DNA of 50,783 nucleotides, the filler included, from Jimgerdemannia flammicorona (lineage: Eukaryota): the NCBI GenBank assembly GCA_003990765.1. It is 2 parts of 2 records of this genome, joined end to end, with 100 filler letters (N's around TTAATTAATTAA, not from the genome) between each part and the next. Parts side by side here need not be neighbours in the genome. Positions count along the whole stretch, not along the records: positions 25,445 to 50,783 come from RBNJ01000845.1; 1 more part is not named here. One strand, 5' to 3'. The notes beneath the pieces were generated by a model that was not told the DNA's origin, did not search any database, and saw nothing but the letters and a program-made list of their open reading frames with translations. This document shows positions 35,230-47,905 of this stretch, piece after piece; the stretch's first letter is position 1, and the number at the start of each line of letters is the position of its first letter. The translations under genes were made by a program, and so were the position numbers.

Positions 35230-38200
35230 ATACTTATATATATCTACAGGATAAATTTCTGAGTCCAATCAGATCTTCTGAGGATAGGTGCTTAGGTCAG
35301 CCTAATCTTGAGTTTATTAAATACTTTTTATTATCTGCTAGTCCAATGAAACTTGATATCTTTCTTATTGAGTTTGTAGATTAGATCTATAATATTAGAG
35401 AATTCTCTAATAAATTTATAGTAGTATATATGAAGCAAGTCTCATAAAGGCTTGAGCTTTAGTAATAATGGTGAGTCTTAGATATATTACTACTACTTAA
35501 ATCTTAAATAGGTCTATATATATTCTATCTCAGTTAATAATGTGACTAAGGTAGAAGATCTCAATTTCTGCAAACTTACACTTCTTGGGCTTGATGTAAA
35601 GACCATACTTCCTTAGCTTCTCTATCATCTACTGGATGTACTGCAGATATTCTTCTGATATCTTACTGTAGATGATAACTTTATTCATATAAACTATTAT
35701 CTATCTTCTTATATTATAGCAGAAGATTTTATTTATCATTTACTAGAAGCTTGCTGATATATTATACATTCTGAATGATATTTGTAGATAGATATAAGTT
35801 TCATCTGAAGTAATGAAGGCTGACTTCTCACTTGCTACTTCTGTGAGACCAATTTGATTAAATCCTAAATATAAGGTACTATAGTACTATACTTCATCTC
35901 CTAAGATTATAAGAATATTACTGATGAGAGACAGTGGTTGGCAATTCTTCTTTATAGCTAGATTGAGCTTCTTATAATTAGTGCAGAGTCTTGGGGTAAA
36001 TTCTTTTAGTTTGTTTCCTTTTTTTAGAGCTAATATAACTAGTGAAGCCCAAGGACTACTGGCTTCTTTAATGATACTAACTTCTTCTATCTGCTTGATT
36101 TCTTCTCTGAGCCATTTGTAATAGACTAACAGGATTAGTCTTGCTTTTTGATAAATTGGTTCAGTGTCTCCTGTATCTATATCATAATTGTAATATAGAG
36201 TCTTTTTCTTGATATTCTTGAAGTCTATGGCTAGGATATCTTTGAATTCATAGAGTATCTTCTTGAGTTCTTTCTTGAGCAGAAATTTATCTCTAATGGT
36301 ATAGCTATACTGTTTGTAGTTTTCTCCTTGTAATCTAGTTCAGTGATCTTGGTACTAGTAAATACTCCTCTTTCTATATATAGATCTGAATTCTTTCTTT
36401 TCTCTTTCTGTTTCCTCCAACTTCTTGACTTCTATAATCTTTGGCTGAAGAACTGAGAAGATCAATATCTGTATCAATTAGTCTTTCTTCTTATTTGGAA
36501 ATAGAATCATAAGGTTGTAGTTTCTAGCAATAAGTACTATTTCTTCAATATAATCTAAATTGATAACTCCTCCTTTAATAGTAATCTCATTCTTGGTCAG
36601 ACTACTTCTTATCTTGAGGATCCTGACATAGTCCTTTAGAATGGTCATTTCCAGACTAGTTACAAGCAGAGTGGTTATCTGGGACTCTAGTATAGTTTTC
36701 TCTACTGTGGCAATATCTATTCTAGCTATATTCTCTAACTTGTATTCTGATAGAACTGTATCAGAGTGGATTTTCTAAATCTTGATCTTGATTTCTTCTT
36801 TATTGTCACTATTCTCTAGGAGGGCTGATGGTTTGTCATCCTCTTCCTACTCCTTTTCTTGCCTTGTCTGTTTCTTAAGAGTCTTCTGTCTTCTTTTATA
36901 GTAGATTTTCTTAATTCTGCTGATATATTATAGTATATATCTTTCAATAATCCTTTTGTCTCATTCTTCTTTATAGATCTATCTGACTTTCTTCTTCTTT
37001 TTCTAAGTAGTCACCATATAGACTTCTTCTTGCTCACTTTCTTCTTCCTTTATTTCAGACAGTACTTCTTTGTTAACATTGATGGAAATTTGTATCTTCT
37101 GACCTCAGTAAATGATCTGCATCTTCTGAGAATTAAGGTCAGTTATTACTCTGGCTTTATGAAGCCACTGGTTGCCAATGAGGATATTATAGTTAGTAGT
37201 ATTGGTTATGATCATATCTACTAGAATAGTTACTCCTCCAAACTTAATGGAAATATCTTGGATCTTTTCTAGAGATATAGCCTTGTGCTATCTGCTATAA
37301 TGAATATCAATTTGGTTACTTCTTCAACCTCTCAACCTAAGTAGTCTACTACTTTCTTACTGAGGAAATATTCTTCTGCTCCAGTGTCAATGATGGCCTC
37401 AAAGATTCTATCTTCAATTTGATAGGTTATATAGACATATTTCTTGCAATTATCTTCACTCTCTTCTTTAGAGTCTTCTTGAATATTGTTGGCCTCAGTT
37501 ATCTTTCATTCTTGTTTCTTGGTTATTTCTACAAGTCCATATCTCATTTGCTGTCTAAATATGAATATTTCTACTAGCTGGCCAAAGATTGTATTGATCT
37601 TTTGTTAACTGAGATCCTTGAAGATATCATACTTAAATGTCTTGGTTTTGTATAGCTTCTTTTCCTTTTCTCCTTCACTGGCTGAGATAGTTTCTCAGAT
37701 GATATCTTGGACAGTCTGTTCCAGCTCTATATCTTGATATATTTCTTTATCTTGGCTTTCTATAGCAGTTTCTATCTGTTTTTCTACAAAGTTCTTCTTG
37801 GATCTCTCTGGTGATCTCTTATAGAGTTCCTTTCAGACATCTTTCTTAGGAGTCTATATAGGGTTGGTCTCTCATTCTTCTTTATCTAATTCTTTGATTT
37901 CTTCAAAGGTAATAGTGTTGGCCTATTCCTTATTCTTTATAGCATTACTTGGCTGAGCTTTGTACTTGGTCTCACTTATATATTTATATAAGTAGTGATC
38001 TTCTTCTCTATAAGTATAGTAGATATCTCTCTTCTTGTCTGAGGTAACAGCAAACTTCTGAACTAGGTGATGGTCTCTTTCTCTAATTTTCTTTATCATA
38101 TCTCCAAGATGGGTAGTCATTTTGGCAAACTTCTTAACAAGTTCCTCCATAGAGTTACTGTTTCTCTATTGCTCTATAGCTCTTAGCTAAGGTGGGTTTC

Positions 38201-38904
38201 AATTGATCACTATGGTAGAAATCACACTAGTTGCCTTGAGTACCTCAATTCTGACTCTAGTGACTCTTTCTATTATATGATCTTATAGATATCTGGCTAT
38301 CTAGTATTGCTGGATATAGGTAACCTTTTATACTAGATCCAGAACTACTAGTAATAAGTAGATGGTCATGACTATCTGAGTGAACTCCTTTTATAAAGAT
38401 TGCTTTAACCACTTGATCTTGAATAGTATTAATATAATTGATAAGAATTATCTGATATTATATTCTGGTATAGAATGTATTTAGATTTTTACTTATTTCT
38501 TGATATATTATATTGAGCTGATTCTTCAGGGCTTGCTTGATCTCATCTATATAGTAAGTAGTTTAGAGCCAGGTCTTCTATGCTACTAGTATGGCATTAT
38601 TATTATTTTCTATATAGGTTATAGCTATGAATACTACTCTTACTGATTCTTGGAGACTAAAGGATATGAGAGCTACTTGCTGTCTTGCTATCAGGGTCCT
38701 TATAGCAGCATACTGCTTGAAATTATCAATAAAGATAATAATTGATTCATCTGAAGTATATTTATAGAATACTAGTGGTCTCATATCTATCTTGTCTAGA
38801 TGTCTTGGTTCAATTTGTATAGTTGTTCAAGTAGTAACAGTTATTTGTTGTTCAGCTTAAAAGTGAGAGATTTATCTTGAATCATCAGCCAATGAGCACT
38901 AAGT

Positions 38905-39334
38905 TATAATGTATTGAATATATGTATAACTAAATAAGTATGTCAGATTTCTGTATCTTAAAAACTTGATCTTCTTTAACTCTGCAAAGTCTTTAGGATA
39001 TAGGGATGAGTGAGTTCAAAGTATATCTATCTGTAGACTTACTAGTTTTCTTGTTTTCTCTTTACTTTAAACTATTTTAATCTGAGGTTTTATTCACTCT
39101 ATATACTGAGAATATTTATATAAGTTTGCTAGCTATAAGATAGCTAAGTTATGACTATATTTCCTGTGAGTTATTTTTCCCAAGTATTAATTCTTAACAT
39201 TTGTGAATAGTTTAACATTTGTGAAATATGACTACTATTTATAAGACTATACTATATTTGAGAATCAGATTCAGATACTGTGATTAAATATCTATTCTCT
39301 TAATTTATATTTCTGATTTAAATCAACTATCATA
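38905..39334 (-). repeat. 5' LTR of the outer gypsy (430 bp)
   Basis: Matches 25975-26475 but has only two repeat units. Adjacent to a PBS/leader nearly identical to that of the inner element. Confidence 0.88.
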
Positions 39335-40045
39335 CTATATAAATTAAATCAAGTATACTAGATATAAGTTTTATTCATTTTTGAAATAGTCATTAGAATG
39401 CTTTATTTGCTATATAGTCTTCATAGAAGTTATTATTGAGATATATATATATTTATCAGTAATCTACTTACTAAACTATTTCTGATCATTATTTTTAAAC
39501 TTGATTTGTCTATATATCTTAAGTATTAATATCATATATTAGATATATCAGATGTAGTTGTTACATATATAGAGACTTTCATATTATTTGATATACTATT
39601 GATCATATATATAAAGATTGTCTTGTTTTGTATTATAATCACCTTATCATACTTCAAACTATATACTATTACTATCATTGAGTGTATATATTTCTTTATT
39701 ACTATAGGCCAACATTTTGCCAATTGAGAAGAGGTTCTTTTCTATCTTCAGAGTATATAGTATGTATATTCTAAAAAAATACTGATAGGCTCTATAATAT
39801 TCCTATAAAGATATATGATAATATTATTATCTAACTTAATTAGTACTAGAACTTATATATGGAGAACTATTCTTAGTAGATTATTATATATTATATAGTA
39901 TCTGAATCTATAAGCTATATATATTATTATTATTAGCTATATTGGTATATACTTTGTTATTAACATTATTATCTTTTGCTAGCTCAAAAGTATATAGCTT
40001 AGATATAGATATAGGTGTCTTCTCTATATACTCAGTATATATATT

Positions 40046-40046
<1 letters not shown>

Positions 40047-40110
<64 letters not shown>

Positions 40111-43100
40111 TAGTCTCTTGAACTCCTTTATTACCAAAACACATCTATATTATATTAGAATATAATATCCAACCTATCCCACTATCCAATCTTCCTAGGA
40201 GAGATTCTACCAACTTTTACTTATTTGAAAACCACTTAACCCTCCAATACCTCCATTTGACCCCTGCTCTACATATACACCTTTAATAAGCTAGTAGTAG
40301 TAGCCACTCTGTGGCCTCCAGCCCACTCACTAGCCAGTCAAGAGATCCTCCATCAGTCCATTCCATCTTGATGACTGCTTTATAATACTCAACCACTGTC
40401 TATTCTCAAACACAAAGAGCTAATGCTCAGCCAACCCCATCCAAATCACTAAGACTCAGTTATATATAAGCTACTCATTCTCTACTCTCTCTATAAGCTA
40501 CTTCTTCAAATCCTCCCAATGGCCCCTCACCTCATTTCTCCTCCTACTGATCTCCAGATACTTCTCTACAGCAATCTAGAAATCACCAAGCACCTCATAC
40601 TCTCCTAGTCAATATTCAGATAACTGTATAAAAACCCCTTCCTGTCCTACATTAAGGCAATCCTCATACTCAAACTTACCCCTCTCAACCAAATGACCAG
40701 AGTAGAAGTTTAGCATGACATTTCTCCTTAGTATATACCACCACTCAGAACTTAGAGAGAAACCACTGCTTGACCTCAGTACTTTAGGTCCAAACTCTAG
40801 TTCAGTTCCACTCCTCACCTATACTAACACTCTGCCAACCCACTGGCTACATATCCAACCCCATCACCCTCTGACACTCAATCTCATCTCTAATATTAAA
40901 TTCAATAAGGAGAGAGTTACTAAGAAGGAGCCTATTCTAGTACTATATTGCTAGCCTCCAATATATTGCTCTACTACTATAGCCCAATATGATACACCCC
41001 TACAGCAATCCCCTACTAGAATCCTTTAAAGTACAACCTCCCACTATTCTGCAGGTCTACTAGTAATAGAAGATCCCTTATAGAGCCCCTCAGGGAAACC
41101 CTCAGCTCTTATACCTTCTGCATTAAAGGAACCCAGCTATCCTCTCTCAGTTTCAGCTATCAGGCCCTCACACAATGAAGCTTTCTCAGGAAATCCACTA
41201 GACTAAGACCTCTACAGTTCACAGATAGTGAAAGAGTACTTCAGTCAATTTGACTTCAGTGCTCTGCCTAGATCTAGTCCTTAGCCAATCTCAGCAGCTA
41301 CCTTACTACTTAAGAAGAGAAATTTAGATAGTAGACCAAGTACCATATCTTCAGTAGCCAATAGATATTCAGAATTACCACTCTGCTAGTTAGAGAGATG
41401 TAGCACACTCCCTAGCTCTGAAGTACCTCACCCTAACTTGAGACTCTGCTCTCTCACCAGACTCTGGTCAGAACAGACTTATATACTGATAGATAGATAC
41501 CAAGATACTGCACAGCTTTGCCAGCTGGAACAATTGTTCCAATGATATTCCCTCCCATCATCCTATTCCCAAGCACCATAATCTCACACTTATATCAATT
41601 CAACCTTATATCAGAACATGCCTCATATCACTCTACTGTCTCCTTCAACATCTCTACATCAGCTATAGAGTGAAGTCTCACTACCATATTATCAGCAAAG
41701 GTACCCACCTTCTAAATGACTCTGAAAACTAACAACTCTACTACTCTATGCCATATCCTATCTATAAGGAGTTCCAAAGAGAGAGTATAGAGAATGAGTG
41801 ACAATAGATCCCCTTAAGGGACCTCTCTTCCTAGGATGAATATTGCATCCTTATGGCTATTGTATAAGATAGCAACCCTACTATCTTTTAGTAAGCTGAT
41901 TATAGAGATCTAGAATTACCATGAGACTCTAATTCTGTTAAATATTTTACCTAGCTAGATATGTCTCACCCAATCATAGGTCTTTTCTTAATTCAAAAAA
42001 ACTAGTCTCTCATCCAGACTACTTATCCTAGCTTCTTCAATGATACCATATACTCATGCTGTACCATTATAAATAAGGTGGCCCCCAATAAAGCTATACT
42101 GCTCCTCACCTAGTATCAATTGGACTACATGCTATAGTCATACTACTATCATCTTGGTAATCAACTTTCTGTCTATGTCCAGGAGCATAATCAGCCTCTA
42201 GTTCCTCCAATCCTCTCTACTACTCTTATTCTTATAGAGTAATATCACTAAGCCAAGATCCTGCTTGCCAACCCATCTCTCTGTCAAGAGAACATAATCA
42301 CACAGTACTACTATCTCTCCAAGAACTCAAGAAACTCTCATCATTCACTTTCAGAAATCCCAAGAGAGCCCATCCTCACCTGAGGCTGTATCTGACTTTG
42401 TAGTAGAAATGACCTACTGAATCTCCTCCTCCTGAACAGACCAGGACAGTCATTCAATACTATCTACTGGAGGCAGATTCTAGTCCTCCAGAGTAAGCTC
42501 AATGTCCTCAGCACCCATACCCCTAGCCTTCTCACTCTACAAATTGCTCTATTATTCCTTGAGAGAGCCAAGAATCTGCTAGGTACTATGAATGATCACA
42601 CTCTCAGAATCAATCATGCTATCTCACCTCTACTTTATCTGTCTGGCCCAAAGCAGTCAAGAAAGATACCTAGAGGGTCTCTCTCTCTCCTCCAATCTCT
42701 ACCATTATAACTAAGCAACCATTCTCTTCACACATATCTCCTTCTTCTCTCTCAAGATAGTTTATAACTCTATTACCTCTAGTTTGATATGTACCAACCT
42801 CCAATCATCAACCCCTTCCAAGCTCAGCAATTCAGCCCAAGCTCTCTGCAGCTGAGTAAGTCTTCTGGAGGCCCAATGCACCCTCTCTCTCTTCTGCCTA
42901 CCTACCATCTGACCAGCCTCCTCTCAGTAAACCCTGGTATTCTCCTTCAATCACCTCCAAAAAGTATCTATAGGAAGGCCCTCACTGATTCAACTGCTAA
43001 TCTTCCACTGAATATCCATAACCCATCTGTCTCACAGCTCTCTTTCCACTAGTAAAGAGGAGTTGAGATACCAATGTCCAGGCCCATCTCCACTCCTTCT

Positions 43101-45873
43101 AAATAACCCTGTCCCAGCAGTCTTCAATGATTAGACCATAGATACTACTCAGTCTCCAGTGACTTTCAAACATCCAAACCTCAGCAGTCCACTGTCAGTA
43201 CTCAGTCAATTCTTATCTCCAGACCATTAGTCCAGTGCATATAAATCCTCCTATCTCTCCAGAACCCCCTACTAGTATCCACTAGAGAACTCAGCCTTTC
43301 TACTTCCTCTCATATTTCCAGCCCCCCACTCCTACCTCCAGCTCCCTACTCTCCATCAATTCTATCCACCAGCATATTCTGGATCATATTAAAGTCCTCT
43401 CTAAGAATGTCCACTCCAGTCTCCATGAGGGTCCCACTTTTCTGGAGTCTCTTCACTCACTTCACCTATTCACCCAATACAGCAGGGCAGTAACAGGAAC
43501 TTATAGTAACCAGCTCCCAATCTGGTTGAATTCACTCTCTCCAAACAAGACAGTCTCCTCAGCTCCTCAGATTCTATATCTCCCCTTTGCTACTTTGGAC
43601 TAAGATTCCAATCTTGTTCTTCCAAACTACCTCACCTCTCTATTCCTTCATTCAATTCAGTATATCCAAGTTATCTTCATATCTAACATCCTGCAAAAGA
43701 AAGAGATTAGCCTCCAATCTCTTTAGCTAAGTAAAAATATTCTGACTTTGAACTGATCTCCTTAGCCCATTTATATTCAAAGAAAAAATATTGGTTATAC
43801 TATTTATAAGAAGTAATATTAAGAGTCAAGTATCATCTTTACAATTTCACATTCATCTCCTCCTATGTCAAGTCTAAATTATGCTCAATAGTCACCTCTT
43901 TCTTTTTAACTCTCTTAGCCTCCAATCTAACTAGTAGTTCAGCTAGTTCTCCATCCTCCTTTTCCTTGAAGTCCTCATACAGATCTCCTGTCAGAGCTGC
44001 AATCTATATCTCTCACCAGTAGCAACTGTCAGCTCTACCTCTCTTACCTTATCAATCTCATATCCTTTCTCTTCCAAGAAAACTACAAGCACCTCTACCT
44101 TCAGAGCCTCTACTACTCCATTGCTATATAGGATTTGCACCCATTGATCATTACTAAGTACTCTTAGGTCTATATCTCCCAACTCCTCAGCCACTAAGTT
44201 ATTCATCATCTGACATATCCATTGTAGATTACCCACCTCCTTATCACCTAGAGTCACTGGCCTCTCCTCCCCAAGCATCAAGGTATTAGTCTCTATACTC
44301 ACAGTCTCATCTTACTCCTCCTCAAAGACATCTACTAATTTATCCTTACTAGCTACCACTACCTGTCTCTCTTTCACTATCTCAGAAACTCTAAAGTATA
44401 CTTGCTAGACACCTTGTATAGATACATCCTCTACTGCTCAGCCCCTTAAGACTGGACCCCATCTAATAAGAGGAGGAGTATCCTCTCAGACTTTAAATAT
44501 ACCATCTATATATAAGTCTTTACTAGGTATCTTCCTGGCCTCTTCCAGACTCTCTTCTATATTCTCCCCCCAAACACTTACTTTGGCTCCTCCAGTATCC
44601 TCAATTCTATCAGTATCTCTCTTTACCTTATTCTCCAGATTCACCAGCAGCTCTCTCTGCTACTTGCATCCTTGAGATCTCTCTTACAGCCTCTTATCAA
44701 TATGAATGCACTTCCCATCTACTATCTCTAAATGTGTTGACTCCATATATACCTTCCAAGCCTTTGCTCTCTACTCTACTGCACTACTTAGCTTCTCCAG
44801 TACCTCTAACAAATCCTCCTCCTCCTCCTTACTTCTCTTTATCCTCATCACCTTGTATATGAAGGTCCTCCACACTATCACCAATGGCCAATTATGAGTC
44901 TTCTCAGTAGCCTCTCTTCTGGCCAACCAAATCTGAACATCAATACTCTATCCTAAACAAGATCTCTTTCTAGACCCAAAACCTAACATTGACCACCTCT
45001 CTATACTCAGTCATGACTTTCTCAACTCTCTTCCTTATCTCTACAGTAGTTACCATAGATACTCCTTTTACCAGCAATTGAACCACTCTGGGGTCCTACC
45101 TCAAGCAGTATATTATCAGAACACACACCTCCCCAACAGTCAGCCCAGTCCAGCCTTCAGTATATCCTCCAATGGTCCAATCTCCTCAAAGCCTACCTTC
45201 ACCTCTTCCAAATCCCTCAGGAACTTTACAGATACTATACCCTCTATCTGCTTAGCAATCAGCCCAAAACCATTTTTGATATCACTACTAAGCCTCAGAA
45301 GCACAAAGTAACTGTAAACTCTAAGATCAACTTCTTGAGTAATGGGGCTACTACTAGGCCCATTATACTATCTGCCAGATCCCCTATCTATCTGGGCTCC
45401 ATCTCTCAGTCCTACTATCAGCAGTTATATCTGGATTTTTTTCCAGATCACCAGTTACTGCTCTATCAGTAGTCATACTCCCAGCTACTATACCTCTAGC
45501 CCTTCTACTCAACACCCCCAGGAGAGTTCCTTCTGGTCCCCTAGCAGCAGTCTTCTCTTTGCCACTCTGCAGCCAACTATCTAGTCCAGCTATCAGATTC
45601 TTCTGCTTGACTTTCTCAGCAAAGCTTATTCAATTCCCCTCTGGTCTCACTATACTTTCTCCTCCAATACTGCCAACCCTCCTTCCTCTCAATAAAGTGC
45701 TTGACATCCTCAAACCTACTCTCTGACCTCTCCCCACATGCTGCCAGCTGAATACATTACCACCCTGTCTAGTAAACTCTGTAGAACTCTGATTTAAGGA
45801 CATATTCTTAAGATATTTCTCTAAAGAATAGTATAAAAGTAAGTAATATGTATTTATATAATGTGAGATATAT
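40047..45873 (-). mobile_element. Full-length non-LTR retrotransposon (L1/Tx1-like; ORF1 + APE endonuclease-RT ORF2), degenerate
   Basis: Poly(A) tail seen as T63 at 40047-40109. ORF2 remnants: FSLNINGL and FLLQD (APE, about 43690-43790), EDFN, WRLIML, (Q)GDLLSLILYTLSLE, FADNM. Approximate TSD TACTCAGTATAT(AT)ATTR at 40029-40046 and 45874-45889. Confidence 0.88.
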
Positions 45874-47469
45874 TACTCAGTATATATTACTTATATATAA
45901 AATATATCTCTACTCTAATTATTATCAGTTTTGATAGTATTTGTATTATATTGCTCTTGCTATTTTTTTGATTTCTTCTACTGCTTTTATATTGCCAATA
46001 TTAATCTCTATACTTATTTTTTATTATTCTCCTTATTCTTATATATAATAGTAGTTATTCTATATATATATATCTATATTTGCTATAGTAATGATAGTTA
46101 TTATCAAACTTAGTAAATTCACATTTTTGATCTTATTGGTACTTCTTGTCTCATTTATATAATCTATAGAATGTTTTTTTATATTATCATTACTATTTTC
46201 TTAATATATCTCTTCATTAATAAGACTTGTTGTTATATAAGTATAGTTTGTAAGTTTTTTATGCTTATATATAGCTACTACTATGATATTATATATCTTA
46301 GAAAGGCCTCTTATAAGAGTCAGAACTTGTCTTTATTACTAATATACTATACTAATATATTTATAAAATTTATCTAATTTATCAGATTATTAATATATTT
46401 GGTATATTTTCAGATACTCTTCTTAGAGTTTATTTATAGATTAAATAACTGAGATTTTAAATAAAATTAATTCAATAAGAATACTTATATATGATAATTA
46501 TATAGAATCTTTTACATATTATAGACTATTATAGTATATATTATAAGCTTTATTTATTAGTTTGATAATAAAAAAGTAGTTTCTCATAACACTTTGTAAT
46601 TTTTTGCAGTATTATAATATTGAATCAGTACTTATGGTTTTGTATACTTTATCAGACTACATTATTTTAGAAGATTGCTTATATAGAATATTCAAATAGT
46701 ATAGCCCTTACTATCAAAGATTAAAATTGATCTCTTGGCTATATTTATACTTATTACAGAAATTATAACTATTATATCTATTCCAGGAGTACTCATGTCT
46801 ATTATAGTTATATTTAGTATACTCATACTGACTCTCTGATTCATCTGTTACAATATCTTAGTATAGAATAGTATATAGTCTTAGAGAGATATTTCTTATT
46901 AGCTATTAACTAGAGCTTATAACCTTTGTTATAAATATAGAGTAGAAGAGAAGAGTAGTAAAGAAGAGTATTATTTAGTATTCTAAATAGCATCTATTTA
47001 TATATTAAAATTAGTGATATAATTAAAAATATATTATTATATATAAGTTATATTATTGAGATATATAATAATGAGAATTTCAATACTATAGTTAGTTATA
47101 TAACAATTAGATAGTAATTACAACTATATAAAATACTCTATAGATAAGAGTGAATAAATCTCAGTCTGAAAATTAAAGCAAAAGTCAATTGTCTAATATC
47201 TTAGGAGGAGAAATCTGCCAATGAGCTACTATTAAAAAGATTGTAAACTTCCTTTTTTACTCTAGTCTACTTTCTGATAAAAAGTCTAATTTGCTGCCAA
47301 GTTTGAATAAAGAACTTTGCTATTATTTTTAAAAAGAAGTTTATCTATATAAAGCTAGTTTAGAATAAGATATATCTTTATAGTGAATTTGTTTATACAA
47401 ATGAAGTAATCTTTAATATAACTTTACTTACTTTTATATTTTTTATCTACTTATCAGATAAGTCAGAAG

Positions 47470-47660
47470 AGAAATCTATCAATTTGAGAAGAATCTATAC
47501 TATATATCCGAGTTTTCTGCTATTTTTAAAAGAAATTTATCAATTCAGAAAAAATCTATATCATCTGAGTTATCTATTATTTTTAAGAGAAATCTACTAA
47601 TTTAGAAAGAATCTACATTACTTAAGTTATTTGCTTTATTTAAAAAATCTGCTGAAATCA
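47470..47660. repeat. Degenerate tandem repeat, unit about 55-60 bp, 3-4 copies
   Basis: AGAAATCTATCAATTYRGAARRAATCTATA..YGAGTTWTCT..TATTTTTAA recurs. Confidence 0.65.
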
Positions 47661-47905
47661 CTATATTATACTAGATTACCTAATTAAGAAAATATCAAAA
47701 TTATCTATATTATGCTAATCAGTACTTTTAGAATATTTTTTTACTTTTTAATAAAGTAACTGAGAGCTCAAGTCAATCTATATAGTAGCTTTAACCTTAT
47801 AATTTATCTCTATTAAGCTAGTACATTATATTTGAGAGCTTAACTGGAAAGATTCTCTTTAAATCTATATGACTTTTTAGCTTACAAAAACTCAATAATC
47901 AAACT

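Larger units (their letters stand above)
25975..39334 (-). mobile_element. Ty3/gypsy LTR retrotransposon, outer (older) copy with dUTPase, separate integrase ORF and ORF3; degenerate
   Basis: LTR pair 25975-26475 and 38905-39334. TSD CTAT at 25971-25974 and 39335-39338. PPT next to 26476. Gag (MRPLVFYKYTSDES), PR (IIDTGA), dUTPase (EGGVIN), RT, RH and IN are all colinear with the inner copy. Confidence 0.92.
25762..47070 (-). mobile_element. Old, highly AT-rich Ty1/copia element, 3'-truncated, in three pieces (25762-25974, 39335-40046, 45874-47070) that host the gypsy and LINE insertions
   Basis: Decayed integrase LDLI(H)(T)D / (IC)(GP)..EKRYFI.FI..KSEILEKFK joins across the CTAT TSD. Protease remnant LIDS near 39900. 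Gag remnant colinear with the copia at 48091 onward. PBS (AA)GGTTATAAGCTC on the minus strand near 46913-46926. Short 5' LTR at about 46927-47070, right edge approximate. Confidence 0.8.

Noticed and set aside
45931..46377. Hydrophobic Ile/Tyr/Phe-rich ORFs
   Set aside because: Antisense artefacts of the AT-saturated copia gag.
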